Of a stretch of 64,000 bases of DNA, positions 22,401 through 34,400 are shown piece after piece. Each line of letters opens with the position of its first letter. Position 1 is the first letter of the stretch. The position numbers were made by a program, and so were the translations under genes. The stretch comes from Protoeuglena noctilucae. Taxonomy: Eukaryota. The stretch is taken from contig OY253677.1 in the NCBI GenBank assembly GCA_958009085.1, positions 434,001-498,000 on the forward strand. Reading direction: 5' to 3'. Under the pieces are notes generated by a model. It was not told where the DNA came from and made no database searches. It saw only the letters and a program-made list of their open reading frames with translations.

Positions 22401-25400
22401 TCGCCCGCTGCCCTGCACCGGCCCGCTCGCGCTCAGCTGCCGCCGCCGCCGCCACTGCCCGCAGCCTCTGCACCTCCCCCGCGACTGCCTCCGCGGGCGC
22501 CGCCCCTGCCGCGTCGACCTGAACCTGCAACGACGCCACCCGCGCACGCAGAGCGCTTGCTTCAGCCGCCACCCCCCGCACGCCCGCCTCCGCCGCCGCC
22601 AGCTCCGCCTCGAGCACCCGCACGCGGTCCCACAGCGCGTGCACCTCGGCCCTCGCGTCCCCCGCCTGCAGCAGCGCCTGCCGAGCCGCGTCCAGGTTGG
22701 CAGACAGGGCCCGAACCTGCCCCTCCAGTGCGCTACGCTCCGCTTGCACCAGCGCCCGACCGGGCGACTCCGGCTCCCAGTTCCTGCCGTCCCCGACGCC
22801 CGCGAGCCGGGGCGTGATGGGGGGCGTCACGCCAGGCAGTGGCAGCGGCAGCGCTAGGGCAGGCACGACGGCGTCACCCCGGCCGGTAGAAGACAGTGCA
22901 CCCTCATGCCCCGCCCCGCCAGAGCCCTCGTCACGGATCACTGAGCTTCCCTCACGAATCGCCGATTGCGCCGAGCGATCTCGCATGACGCTCTCTGCCG
23001 CCTCCACGTCCCGCGCACGCACGCCGAGCTCCCGGCCGGCAGCCTCCACCTTCCCCGCCCGCTTAGACAGCTCGACTTCCCACGCCCGCAACTGCTCTTC
23101 CTTAACTGAGACCTCGCTTGCCCGTGCCTCCACCTCACGCCCCATTGCAGCCAGCTCTCCCTCGCGCTCCGCCGCCCGCCTCTCCCCCTCCACCAGACCG
23201 CTCGCACGCTCCAGCAGCTCGTCCTCCGCCGCAAGCAGCTCTTGTAGTTTCGCGTCCAGTGCCCGCCGCTGCTGCTCCAGCTCCTCTCGCACGGCCAGCT
23301 CACGTGCCTCCCCCGCCCCCAGTTGGGCCTGGAACGATGCCATTGCGGCCTCACGGGCGGCCAGGCTGTCTTGCGACGCACGCAGCTGCGCCTCCAGCTC
23401 TGTTGCTGCAGCCTCCCGGGCGGCCAGGCTGTCTCGCGACGCACGCAGCTGTGCCTCCAGCTCTGCCGCCGCAGCCTCCCGGGCAGCCAGTGCCGCCTCC
23501 GCCTGCCCAGTGACCGCCTCGCGCGCCGCCAGCGCAGACTCCGCCATGCCCACCGCTGCCTCCCTATCCACGAGACCAGCCTGGGCCTCCCAAAGCCTGC
23601 CCTCTTGCTCCCCCAGCGCTGCCTCCCTGCTGGTAAGCGTGGTGGCCACAGCGTCGCCCGTGCGGTCCCCTGTTGAAATTCCCTCCGCTCCCACTGGCCC
23701 GCTCATCTCGGCAGAAGTCGTTGCCGCCGTCACCGCAGGCAGCTCGGCCCTCGCCGCCTCCATTGCCCCTCTCTGTTGCTCCACATCAGCCCTCTCCCTC
23801 TCCACCCCTGCCCTCATCGCCTCCACCGCCGCCCTCTGCTCATCCAACTCCGCCCTCTCCCCCTCCACCTGCATTGCACGCTCTTCCACTGCTGCCCTGC
23901 CCCTCTCCACCTCAGCCATCGCCCTCTCCACCTCCACCGCACGCCCCTCCACTGCCGCCCTCTCCCTCTCTGCCTCAGCCCTCGCCTCCTCCACTGCTGC
24001 CCCCTCCCTCTCCACCTCTGCTCTTGCCGCCTCCACCGCCGCCCTCAGCTCATCCACCTCGGCCCTCTCCCTCTCCACATGCACCGCACGCCCCTCCACC
24101 TCCGCCCTCATCGCCCGCACCCGCTCCTCCTCCTCCAGCACCCGTGCCGCGTGGCCCCGCACCTCCCCTCGCATCACACCCACCCTCGCCTCGGCCTCTG
24201 CCATCTCGGCACGCATCCCCGCCACCCTCGCCTCCGCCTCCGCCGCCCGTGCTGCCGCCCGCTCCAGCGCCTCCTCCGCAGCGTGGTGGTCCGCAAGTAA
24301 CGCGTCGAATCGCGCCTTCCACCCCGCCACCACCCCCATCGCCTCCGTCACTCGCGCACGCAGCGTCTCATTGTCACGACGCAGTGCCGACGCGTCCTCT
24401 GCCCTGCCAACGCTTACGCCCACCCACTCGACGTCCCCGGAGCTCCACAGCGTCGGCAGCGCCCGCACAGGCGACGCCCCAGGGCCCATACCACCCTCCT
24501 GCGCTCTGTCGTGCCTGGGCGCGTGGGTCGACATGCCACCCACAGGTGACGCCGTGACCTCCTCAGGCGCGCCACCATGCCGCTCTGGTGTTGTGGCCCC
24601 GAACGCAGCTGCGTCCGTGCCCAGACCAGCCGTGGCGCCCCTGGTGGCGTCAAACAGAGGGTTCTCTGCCAGACTCGGGGACCGCGGCCGCCTCCACGCG
24701 ATGGGACTGGCAGCCGAGGTGGGGCTGTGAGGCGGCGACGCGTGGCCCGCCGTCTCTGCAGCCAGTGACTCCGCCGTAGGTGCCGAGACAATGTGAACAG
24801 CAGCGTCGGCCGTCAACGTGGTGCCGGGCCAGAGTTGGCGAGCCGTGGCAACCACCGCAACTGCGGATTCCAGCTCCCGCACCCGCCCCGCCAGCGCAGC
24901 GTTGTCGGCCAAGAGCTCCGCAATGCGAAGGGCGTCGTGCGCGGGTGGTGCCCGAGCCGGCGACCATGGTGCGGCGGGCGCATTCACTGGCACGCCTGAG
25001 TCATGCGCCCCTGACGCCTCTGTCAGGGTGCCAGTCGCTTGCGTCGACACGGCGTCAGTCGCCATCCCCGTCTCGGCAGTGATTGGCCGTGCGCCGACCG
25101 CCGCAGAGGCGACGGGGGTGTCAGGGTGGGGAGCAGGGAGGTGCGCCATAGGAGCGACCGCTGAGGCGACACCCATTGGCACTTCCGCCTGCGTCGCTGC
25201 GTCGGCCGTCTCGAGTGGCCTTGCGACGAGCCTCAAGTGCCCGTCTCCGTCGTTCCCCGGGCCGCTGGATGCGGATGAGGATGGCGACGGTGGCTGTGAG
25301 GAGCGTGGGGCGCTGTGGGGTGAAGACGATGACGACGATGGGTTTCCTGATGGACCGCCCGTTTGCGTGCTTGCATGAGCCGGCGCAAGTGTCTCGGCAG

Positions 25401-28400
25401 AGCGCGGGCCGGCAGATGAGTCAGCACCCGCCCCGCCAGTCTCGGGAGCGACGGTCGCCACGTGCTCTGTCCGGCTAGCAGCCACAGCGGCCTCTGCCGC
25501 ACGCAGTTGCGCCGTCGCAGCAGCGAGCTGGTCCTCGAGTCTCCGCGCCCTCGCAGACATCACGGACAGCCGCTCGTCGCGCGCCTCCATCGCACGCCTC
25601 AGCTCCTCCACCGCGGCCAACAGCACTCCATGCTCCGCCGCCGACGCTCCGGGCGTGGCCGCCGGCGTCGCGAGCGCGTGCTGCGGCAGCCACGACTGCA
25701 CCACGGCGTCTGCCAGGTCGCGTGACGAGGACCCCACCCCCGCGTCCACCGTCACTGGCGCCAGAACCGAAACGTCAGAATCCGACTCCTCCGAGTCAGA
25801 AACGGACTCAAGGACCGCAGAGTCGAGGACCGCGGAGTCGGTGAGCGCCGTGTCCCCTGCAGTTTGAGCCAAAGCCCCGACCCCTGCGCTCTGGGCCAAC
25901 AGCGCTGGTCTGCCAGCAGCGGCCGCCCCAGTCGCCACGCCCTCACGTGCGGACTCCCACCCGCGCGGCCGCAGCTCCTCCCCAGCACCGGGTCCGCCGA
26001 GCAGCGGCTGCGCTTCCCCGGCACTTAACGCCCGTGACACCATGCCTGCCTGCTCTGACCCCCCACGTGCGACGCCAGCTGCCGCCGCGGCACCCCCAGG
26101 CGCGGCCTCCGAGGGCGCCACGGACGGCGCCGGGGTGAAGAAGCGCGTGTCCTGGCGCGGCAGGCCCTGGCCGCCCTCCCACGCGGCACTGTCGGCCGTC
26201 TGAGACCCAGCCGCCGTCACTGATGCAACTGCGTGCGATGGCTGCGGCTGCGTGGATGTCCCCGCTTCGACCAGGGGCGACCCGGGCCCCGCCTGGGACA
26301 CCGCGTCGCGCGTCTCGGCGCCCCGCGGCGAGACTGGCGGGGTTCTATGAGGAGGGGTGGTCGACAGCGTGGCAGCGTGACCGGTGTCGTCACGCACGCC
26401 CTCTCCTCTCCCCTCCAACACCACCCTCGCGCGGATGAGTTCCTCGTCCCGCTGGCCCAGCTCCCCGTGCAGCTCCGCCACGAGGGCCTGGAGGCCATCG
26501 ATGCGGGCCTGGAGCGCCGCCTCCCGGTGACGAGCCTCCCTGGCCGCCCGTGCCAACGCCTCTAGCGCTCGCGCCTCCGCCTGCTCCCCGCACGGCTCGC
26601 CAGGGGCAGCACTGGGGTGGAGCTGCACCGGCACTCCCTCTGCCGTTGTCGTCGCTGCGCCAACAAGCGACATCGCTCCCTCAGCCTCGGAACCTTCCAG
26701 CTCCCGTCGCCGGGTCTCGCTTACCTCCCTTTCGTGCTCCAGGGCCGCCTGCAGCTCTGCCGCGCGCCGGAGGTGCGCCTCGGCCTCTCGCTGGGCGCTC
26801 TGCAGTTCGGTCTCCAACGCACGCAGTTGCGCAGACTTCTCGCGGACCGCCTCTTCATGTGATACCACAGTCACGTCGTCTCTCGGTCGCTCTGAGCCAG
26901 GCGTGCGGTCCTCCTGAGCCCAAGCATCCGCAGTGGTTGCGGCAGCCTGCGCAGCGGTCGATCGCACTGGCACAGACGCTGACGCTTCCCTCGCGTTGAT
27001 CGAAAGCACGACTGCCGTCTGCTCGGAGACCACCCTGTCTGTCTGTGTCCATTGGTCGGCCGGGTCGCCTCCGCTGGGCTGTGTTGCCCACACAGGGTCG
27101 CTTTGCCCACTCCCAATCGCCTGCGTGGCCACTGATGACGCTGCCGTCCCAAAGTCGGACCCTGCCGCTGCCTCGACCATCGCTGGGCTGTCCGTCTGGG
27201 CCACCGAGTGCGCCCTCGCAGCGGCGATGAGAGGCGCCTGACGCTCAACGGCATCTCGCAAGACATCGTCCGTCTGCATGGACGTCTCCTGCGCCTGCCC
27301 GCCAGCGCTCGCCGACGCTGCCCTTGGCTCGTCGCTGTGCACGACCAGGGTGATGGTGACGGGCGTGGGGGCACCCTGCACTGTCAGATCGGCTGTCTGC
27401 GCCATGGTCGCGACCGTGGAGCGCGCAAGGTCGCCACTCGAATGCTCATCCGTTTGCACTCCCTGCACGGCCCTGCCACGCTCATCGGAATCCCCAAGGG
27501 CCTCGCCGGAGCCAGTCTCAAGTGTGACAGGTGCGACGGTCTGTGTGCTTGCGTGATCTCCCAGGACCCGCGGCACCTCCCCACGGCTCACGGCAGCCTC
27601 GGGCAGAGTCTGGGACGCCCCGTCAGCGACCGCAGACGTCGCCTGCACCGCCGCTGGGACCGCAGAGACCTCGGGAGACTGCGCGACGGCATCAGCAAAT
27701 GTCAGGGTCGCCAGATGCTGAGATGATGTGCTACGCGTAGTTGGTGCTGCATCGTGCTGAGCCGACGCGTCAGCCGCGGTGGGTGCTGCCCCATGTTGAG
27801 ATGCGGCATCAGCCGTGGTAGTTGCCGCCGCACGCTGAGTCCCAGCATCAACCATTGCCGGTGCTGCACCATGCTGAGTCGCAGCGTTGGTCTGGTCTGT
27901 CCAAGCGCTTGCCTGGGTTGCCGCCTCCGCTGTGGCACTGCGGTCCGTGGCAGTGGCCGCGTCGGCAGTCAGAATCGCACGCGTCGCAACAGCAGCATCG
28001 CTGAGTGCTACAGCTTCCGTCATTGTAAACGCATCGGATCCGGGAGCAACTCCGTCAGAACCACGCGCATCGTGGGGCGCACTTGCATTGGTCGCCGATG
28101 CTGCCGGTGCGTTGCCTGCGCCAGCCGTGGCAGAGGCAACAGCGCGGACGGGGATCATGACCGGATCCATGGTCGCCCCGAACACCCCTGCAAATGGTGG
28201 CGCGTCCGTGCCCACATCTGTCGTGTGGACACGTTCCGTGTCCGTCGATGCGTCTGCCACCATGGCGCGTCGGACGCCTGCCCCAGTCTCAGGCAGTCCC
28301 TCAGGCCCCAGCGCGTCTGCCTGGGCGACCGCATTTGCCACCGCGTGCACGCCGAATGCCTGGGGCTCGGTGCCCGTCGAGGCATCCATGCCTGCGACAC

Positions 28401-31400
28401 CCGGGGTGGCGTCCGTGGTCATACCTGCGTCGACGAGTCGCACATCAGGCCGAGCCTCCATGGCGGTCGAGGCGTCGATGCCAGCCACACGTGGGGCGGG
28501 ATCTGTGTTGGTGTTTGCATCGTTGCTTGTGACCCCAGGCTCAGTGCTCGTGGCTGCGTCGTTGGCTGCCACCCCAGGTTCAGCGTCCGTGGCTGACACA
28601 GCATCGAGGCTAACCACGCGCCGAACGGCGTTGGTGACTGTTGCCGCGTCCACAGCCGCCACGCCAGAGGACTGGTCGTCCGTAGATGTCGCTGCGTCGA
28701 TGGCAGTAACTCGCGGTGCGGCATCCGTTGCAGTGGCGGCATCGAGGCTGGTTGCGCCAGGTGCGGCGTCGGTGATGGTAGACACGTCTGTGCCCCGGAA
28801 GCGAGGCTGGACATCTGTTGTTGTCGTCGTGGAAGTACCGACGGTTGCAATACCCGCCTCGGCATCCGTGACCGACCCCACATCGACGAGTTGGATACCG
28901 GCGTGAGCGTCCGTGGCAGTGTCTGCGTCGACACCAGCCGCATGCGGGGCAGGATTTGTACCCGTGGATGCGTCATGGCGTGAGACACGAGACGGAGTAC
29001 CCACAGCAGGAGTAGTAGCAGTACCCGCACCCTCTGCTGCAATGTCAGGCTCAGTGGTGGTGAGCGCATCGGCCCTCTCGACATGAGGCGGGGCATCCGT
29101 GGCTGTCGCCGCGTCGAGGCTGGCGATGCGAGGGATGGCGTCCGTCATAGTAGACGCAGCCGCGCTCTCAGGCAGGGCCCTGGGCTCCACACTCCTTGTC
29201 TGAGCCGCAATGACGGCAGTTGCGGCCACAGCCTGGGCACCGGCGCTGTGCATCGCAAGTTCCTCCCCCACCGCCGCTTGCACACCAGCACTGTGCATGG
29301 CGGGTGCCTCTCCCACTGCCGCATCCACCCTCGCCCCATCTCCCCCATCGCGCACCACTACTGGCATGTCGCTGTGTTGCGTCCCAAAGTCTGTCGTCTG
29401 CACCGCCTCCGTCACTGTCCCACGCTCCACCCCTCGCAGCTCCCCGCCCGCCTGGGTCGCCGCCTCGCTCGCCCCCCCCCCCGCCTGAACGCCCTGCTCC
29501 ACGTCCCCAGCAACTGCACCACCAGACCCCGCCTCGCCACCCACCACGCGCTGCCCTTGGTCGCCCGAGACCTGGGGCCCCTCCCCAGTCCCCCAGACCC
29601 ACGCATCACCCTCCTCTGCGCTGGCGTACCCCTCCTCGTCGCCGCCGCTCGACTCTGGCGAGTCCCATGCGCTGCGAAACTCCAATTCCGACGCAGCGAC
29701 AGAAACCGCACGCGAGCGCGCACCGTGACCACCCCTCCCGGCCCCGCGTCGCTCCGATGCCGAGCGTGTCGAGCGCGGTTGAGGGCCGGGCCAGGCGATT
29801 GCCTCGGATGGGGCAACGGATGACGGGGAGTGGAAGGCGGTGCCAGTCTCACTCCGCGTCCGCGACAGCGCCCCCAGGGACCGGTGACGTGGGGTGGCGG
29901 TCTCGGACCTGGGGCCGGCATGCGCCGCGTCCCTCGCGCTCAGGCTGGCGCCCGCGAGCAGGGACTCGGGCGCGACCACTGACAGTGGCGGGCGACGGCG
30001 GGGCACTGTCGTGTCGGCCGCTGTCATAGACACCTGGACAGCAGCGTCGGCGCGAGTTTGGCCGGAGGGAGCCTCAAACGTGCCGGGACGAGCCGCATGC
30101 TCAGCTGGCTCTCCCGGCTGCAACTGGGCAGGTGGCGTCTGCGCGGACGCGTCGGCTGTTGTGACGGCCGCGACAGCATCGCTGCCTGCATCCACGCGCT
30201 CCACGGTTGCGGCATGCGACGCGCTCGCACGCGGCTCCTCCGCCGGCTGAACAGCGGCCGCCCCAACCCCTCCCTCCGTCTGCACGTGGCCGTCCGCCAC
30301 ATCCACCGCCAACCGCGGACCTCGCGCCTCGTCGCTGCGTCGGCCCTCCCCCAGCGCCGCCGCCATCTTCAACGCGGCCAGCTCTCTGCGCAGCCGCTCC
30401 ACCTCCGCCTCGCGCTGCGCCACCGCCGCCGCCGCCGTCGCCTTGCCCCACGACCCCTCCGCCCCGCCCTCGCCGCGCCCCGCCAGCTCCCCGTCCCGCA
30501 GAGCCAAGTCCCGCTGGAGCCCCTCTGCCACGCCCTGCAGCCACTCCGCCCGACGCCGCTCCGTGTCCGCTGCGTGCTGGGCTTCCTGCCACTGCATGAC
30601 CACCTCCGCCAGCTCCCCACGCAACTCCGTCACCGCTCCCTCCGCAGCCCGCGCGCGCTCCTCCCAGTCCACCGCCCCTGCCGCCGCGTCCACATGCGGA
30701 CCCCCTGCGCCACTTGCGGGCTCTGGAAGGGACTGCTCACCTTCGTCCCCTGACGATGTCGACACTGACCCCACCTCATCTACGCGTGACGATGGTGACG
30801 GGGGCACCGAATGGTCCCCCCCGCCCGCACCCGCGCCAGTCGTGAACGCATCGCCACGCGTCGAGTCTCCTGCCCGCCTCGAGTCTCCTGCCAGCCGCTG
30901 GTGGAAGTCGCGGTCGCTGGGGGACGTGGCGAGGGTGGCGGACGGCAGCGTCGACGGCGGCTGCACTACACGCGGCGGCGGCGAGAGACCCGGCGTCGAC
31001 GCAGCGTCCTGCTCCACTGTGCTCCGTGCTGCGCTCGGCCCGCGGATGACAAGGGGCAATGCAGGTCCACGCACCGTAGTCGTAATGGCGGGCGCACTCG
31101 GCACACCGCTGTCCATCGCAGCGACAGCGTCCCAGTCCGCGACCGCGTGGGCCTGCGCCTGGTGCCGTAGCGCCTCCACTTGCCGCCGCAGCTCGGCAAT
31201 CTCAGCCTGCGCTGCGTCCCAAGCAGCTGGGCCACCCCCCATGTCCGCTGCACCGTCTGTCATCCCATGCGCTGCACCGTCAATCCCAGAGTCAGCCGCG
31301 TTTCCAGCGCTGTCCGATGTCAGTGCTATCATCGCGCGTGGGACGGCCAGCGAGTCCCCAGGAACCGGGGTTGACACCGACCCCGCCACCCGCCTGGCCT

Positions 31401-34400
31401 CCGCCTCTGCCGCCGCCAGCGCAGCCCAGCTGGTGCCGAACGCCCCCACGTCTGTCTGCACATTTGCGTCTCGCACCGCCCCCTCCGCCTGCATCGCGAT
31501 TAACGATGCAGCCGGGACATTCCGTGACCCCTCTGCCACGCTGGCTGCTGCCCTCGGCCCAGCTGTAGACGCATCCACGCCCTCTAGAGCTCCTGAAGCC
31601 TCAACAGCCCCCGGGCCAGTCCCAGTCTCGAACGCAGAGGACGCGTCGAGGAATGCTGCAGCGAACTCTGCGTCCATCGCCTCGTGGGCCAACCGACGCG
31701 ACTGCTCCAACGCCGCACGCAGCGCCACCACCTCCGCCTGCGCCGCCCGCGCCCGCATCTCCGCCTCCTCGGCGCGCCGCAGCAGCGCCCGCGGCCCCGC
31801 CGGCAACCCCGCCCTGCCGCCTGGTCCACTGCCACCCTCTCCGCCTTCGCTGGATGACTCGTCTGATGCCGCACCAGAGGGCCCTTCGCTGGTCTCCAAG
31901 GATGAGTATGAGTCTGACGATCCCGCAGACGCCATCTCCACGATCGCCGCGCCTGAGGAAGGGGCTGGGACGTGGCCTGCAGCTGCGCTTGCACCCGCAT
32001 CCCCCATACCAGGGTCGGCATCACCGTCCCCGCGCGCCGAGTCCTCGGCCCTCACAGCAGCCACCAGGGCTTCTTGACGCATAGGTGCCTCAGTCTGCGC
32101 GCCCTGCCGTGCCACTTCTGCCCCCGTTGCCTCCTGCGGGGTCCCTTGGGCCATCGTGGGCTCCCCCGTCACCCGCGGGACCCTCACAGGAGACCCAGGG
32201 ACCGCAGATGCTTTTTCTTGCATGGAATTGATGAAGTCCATCTGCGCCCGCGCCCTCTGCAGCTCAGCCGTCCGCTGCTCGAGCAGCTGCCAGGCGTGGC
32301 TGGCTTCCTCCGTGAGCCTCGCGACCTCAAGCGAAGCCACCATCGCCTCTTCCCTCGCAGCCTCCAGCGCCGCACGCAGGGCGGCTGTGTCCTCGAAGTC
32401 CCCTGCATTGCCAAGGGTGCTAACCACGACAGGAGCGGCGGTGGACGGGCTGAGTGGGTTCGTCTCTTGTGGGTGGAGAGGCTCTGCCTGTGCTGCAGCC
32501 TCAGCGGTGCTGACCCCTGCCTGCGTGGTTGCTGCTCCCATTGCCAGAGGCTCCGACTGTACTGCAGCCTCCCCAGTGCTAACCCCCGCCTGCGCCCCAA
32601 AGTCAGCACGCTCCGTCGACCTGGCCAGACGCTGGGCTGTAACAAGACCAGCAGAGTCGTCCTCAGCAGCATCCGCCCCTCTATCAGATGTCTTTGCTGC
32701 TGCCTGAACCGCCCGAGCCTCCCCCGCTTGCGGCATTGTGCCAGTCCCGGCCTCCGCCACGCCCGCCACCGCTTGCACTCCGCTGTGGGCGCGCTCGCTC
32801 ACAACGGCGTCAGTGCCATGAGCACGCTGGCTGGGATCGCTGGCGTAGGCATCAGTGCCCGCGCTCGTGATTGCCGGCACTGCCTGCACCCCCCCATCCA
32901 CGCCCTGAATCATCTCCATGACAGTGATGGCCTCGGCTGTCCCCATCACCGCCTGTGCACCGCCATCGGCACGCTCGCTGCCGCTTGCATCAGTGCCGAC
33001 CTCGGCTGTCGTCGCTGCCGCCTGCATCCCGCACTCCATGCCGTCGCCTACAGCCCTGAGGGCCCCCGGCGTCGGTGAGTGAGGCGACGTCTGCGCAACG
33101 CCGTCCACAGTCAGTTCCTGTGCCTGCAGAGCCACGTCCCGCACCGCCGCTGGGTCCGTCTCCGTTGCCACGGCCACGTCGACAGGGCGCGGCACAGCGC
33201 TGACGGCGTCCGGCGCGCCTGCACCGACCGCCAGGGGTGCAAGTGGCCGAGACTCCCCACTCGCACGGCCCTCTGCCACAGAGCTCTGCACCGCAGTGGC
33301 TGCCGTCTCTGCCACCGTCTGCGTGGCTTGCGTGGCTGTGACTGGAACCGCCTCCCCACAAGCGACCGTATTGGATGGGGCAATGATGGGCCGCGGTGTC
33401 CCTGTCTGGGTCAGCTCTGCACCCTCGACGTCAGCAAAGGTATCTGTTTGCGTCGACCCTTGCTGGGACACAAGCACAGCACCGTCCGTCTGCGTGGATC
33501 GCAGCTCGGCGGCCACCCCAGCACCGTCCGTCTGCGTCCCATGCATCGCCATCTCGAACACCGCCTCGACCCCAGCGGACGCCACCGGAGCCCTCGCCAC
33601 CAGTGCCGCATCCACCCTCGCCGCCAGCGCTTCGCTCTGGTCCAGCAGAGCGCCGCTCCCGGTCGCCAGGTCCGCAAGGACGTCCGCCAGGTTTCGAACC
33701 TGGGACCTTAGGGCTTCGTTATCCGCAGCTAGACCGGCCGCGTGCAACGCCGGCGCGTCCGTCGGCACGCCCGGTGGGGCGACCGTGAGGGCGAGTGTGA
33801 CGGGGCGACCGTCACGGGGCGACCTCGCCACCGCATCTGTAAATGTGCCCTGTTCCATTGTGCTGGCAGTCACAGTATCTGTTTCGGTCCCCTGCTCCAG
33901 TGTTCTGCTGGCGACTGCATCTGTAGCTGTACCCTGCTCGAGTGTGCTGGCAACCGCATCTGTAGATGTACCGTGATCCATTGTGGCAGCAAGAGCATCA
34001 GTCACCGTGCCCTGCTCCACCGCGGATGACGGAGGCACGAGGCTGTTGTCCTGCCACGCCCTCGCAACCTCCGTCAGCCCCGCACCCTCCGTCTGCGTCC
34101 CCTCCGCAGCCGCAGCATCCAGCCCCGGGCCGTCCTGCGTGCCTGCCGTCACCAATCCACGGCCGCTCGCTGCCATCTCCCTTCCCACCAACGAAGCCGC
34201 ATCGACCCCACTCACGCCCTCCGTCTGAGTCTCTATCGCCAACCCCACTGGCGGTGCCCTGCTTACCCCACCCGCATCATCCGTCTGAGTCTCTGCCCCC
34301 AGCCCCGCCGCACGCGGCCCAGCCGGGCTTGGCAAAGCGACCGCATCCGTCCCAGCGTCCGCGACATCCACCTCGTCGTCCCCGCCCACGCGAACCGACC

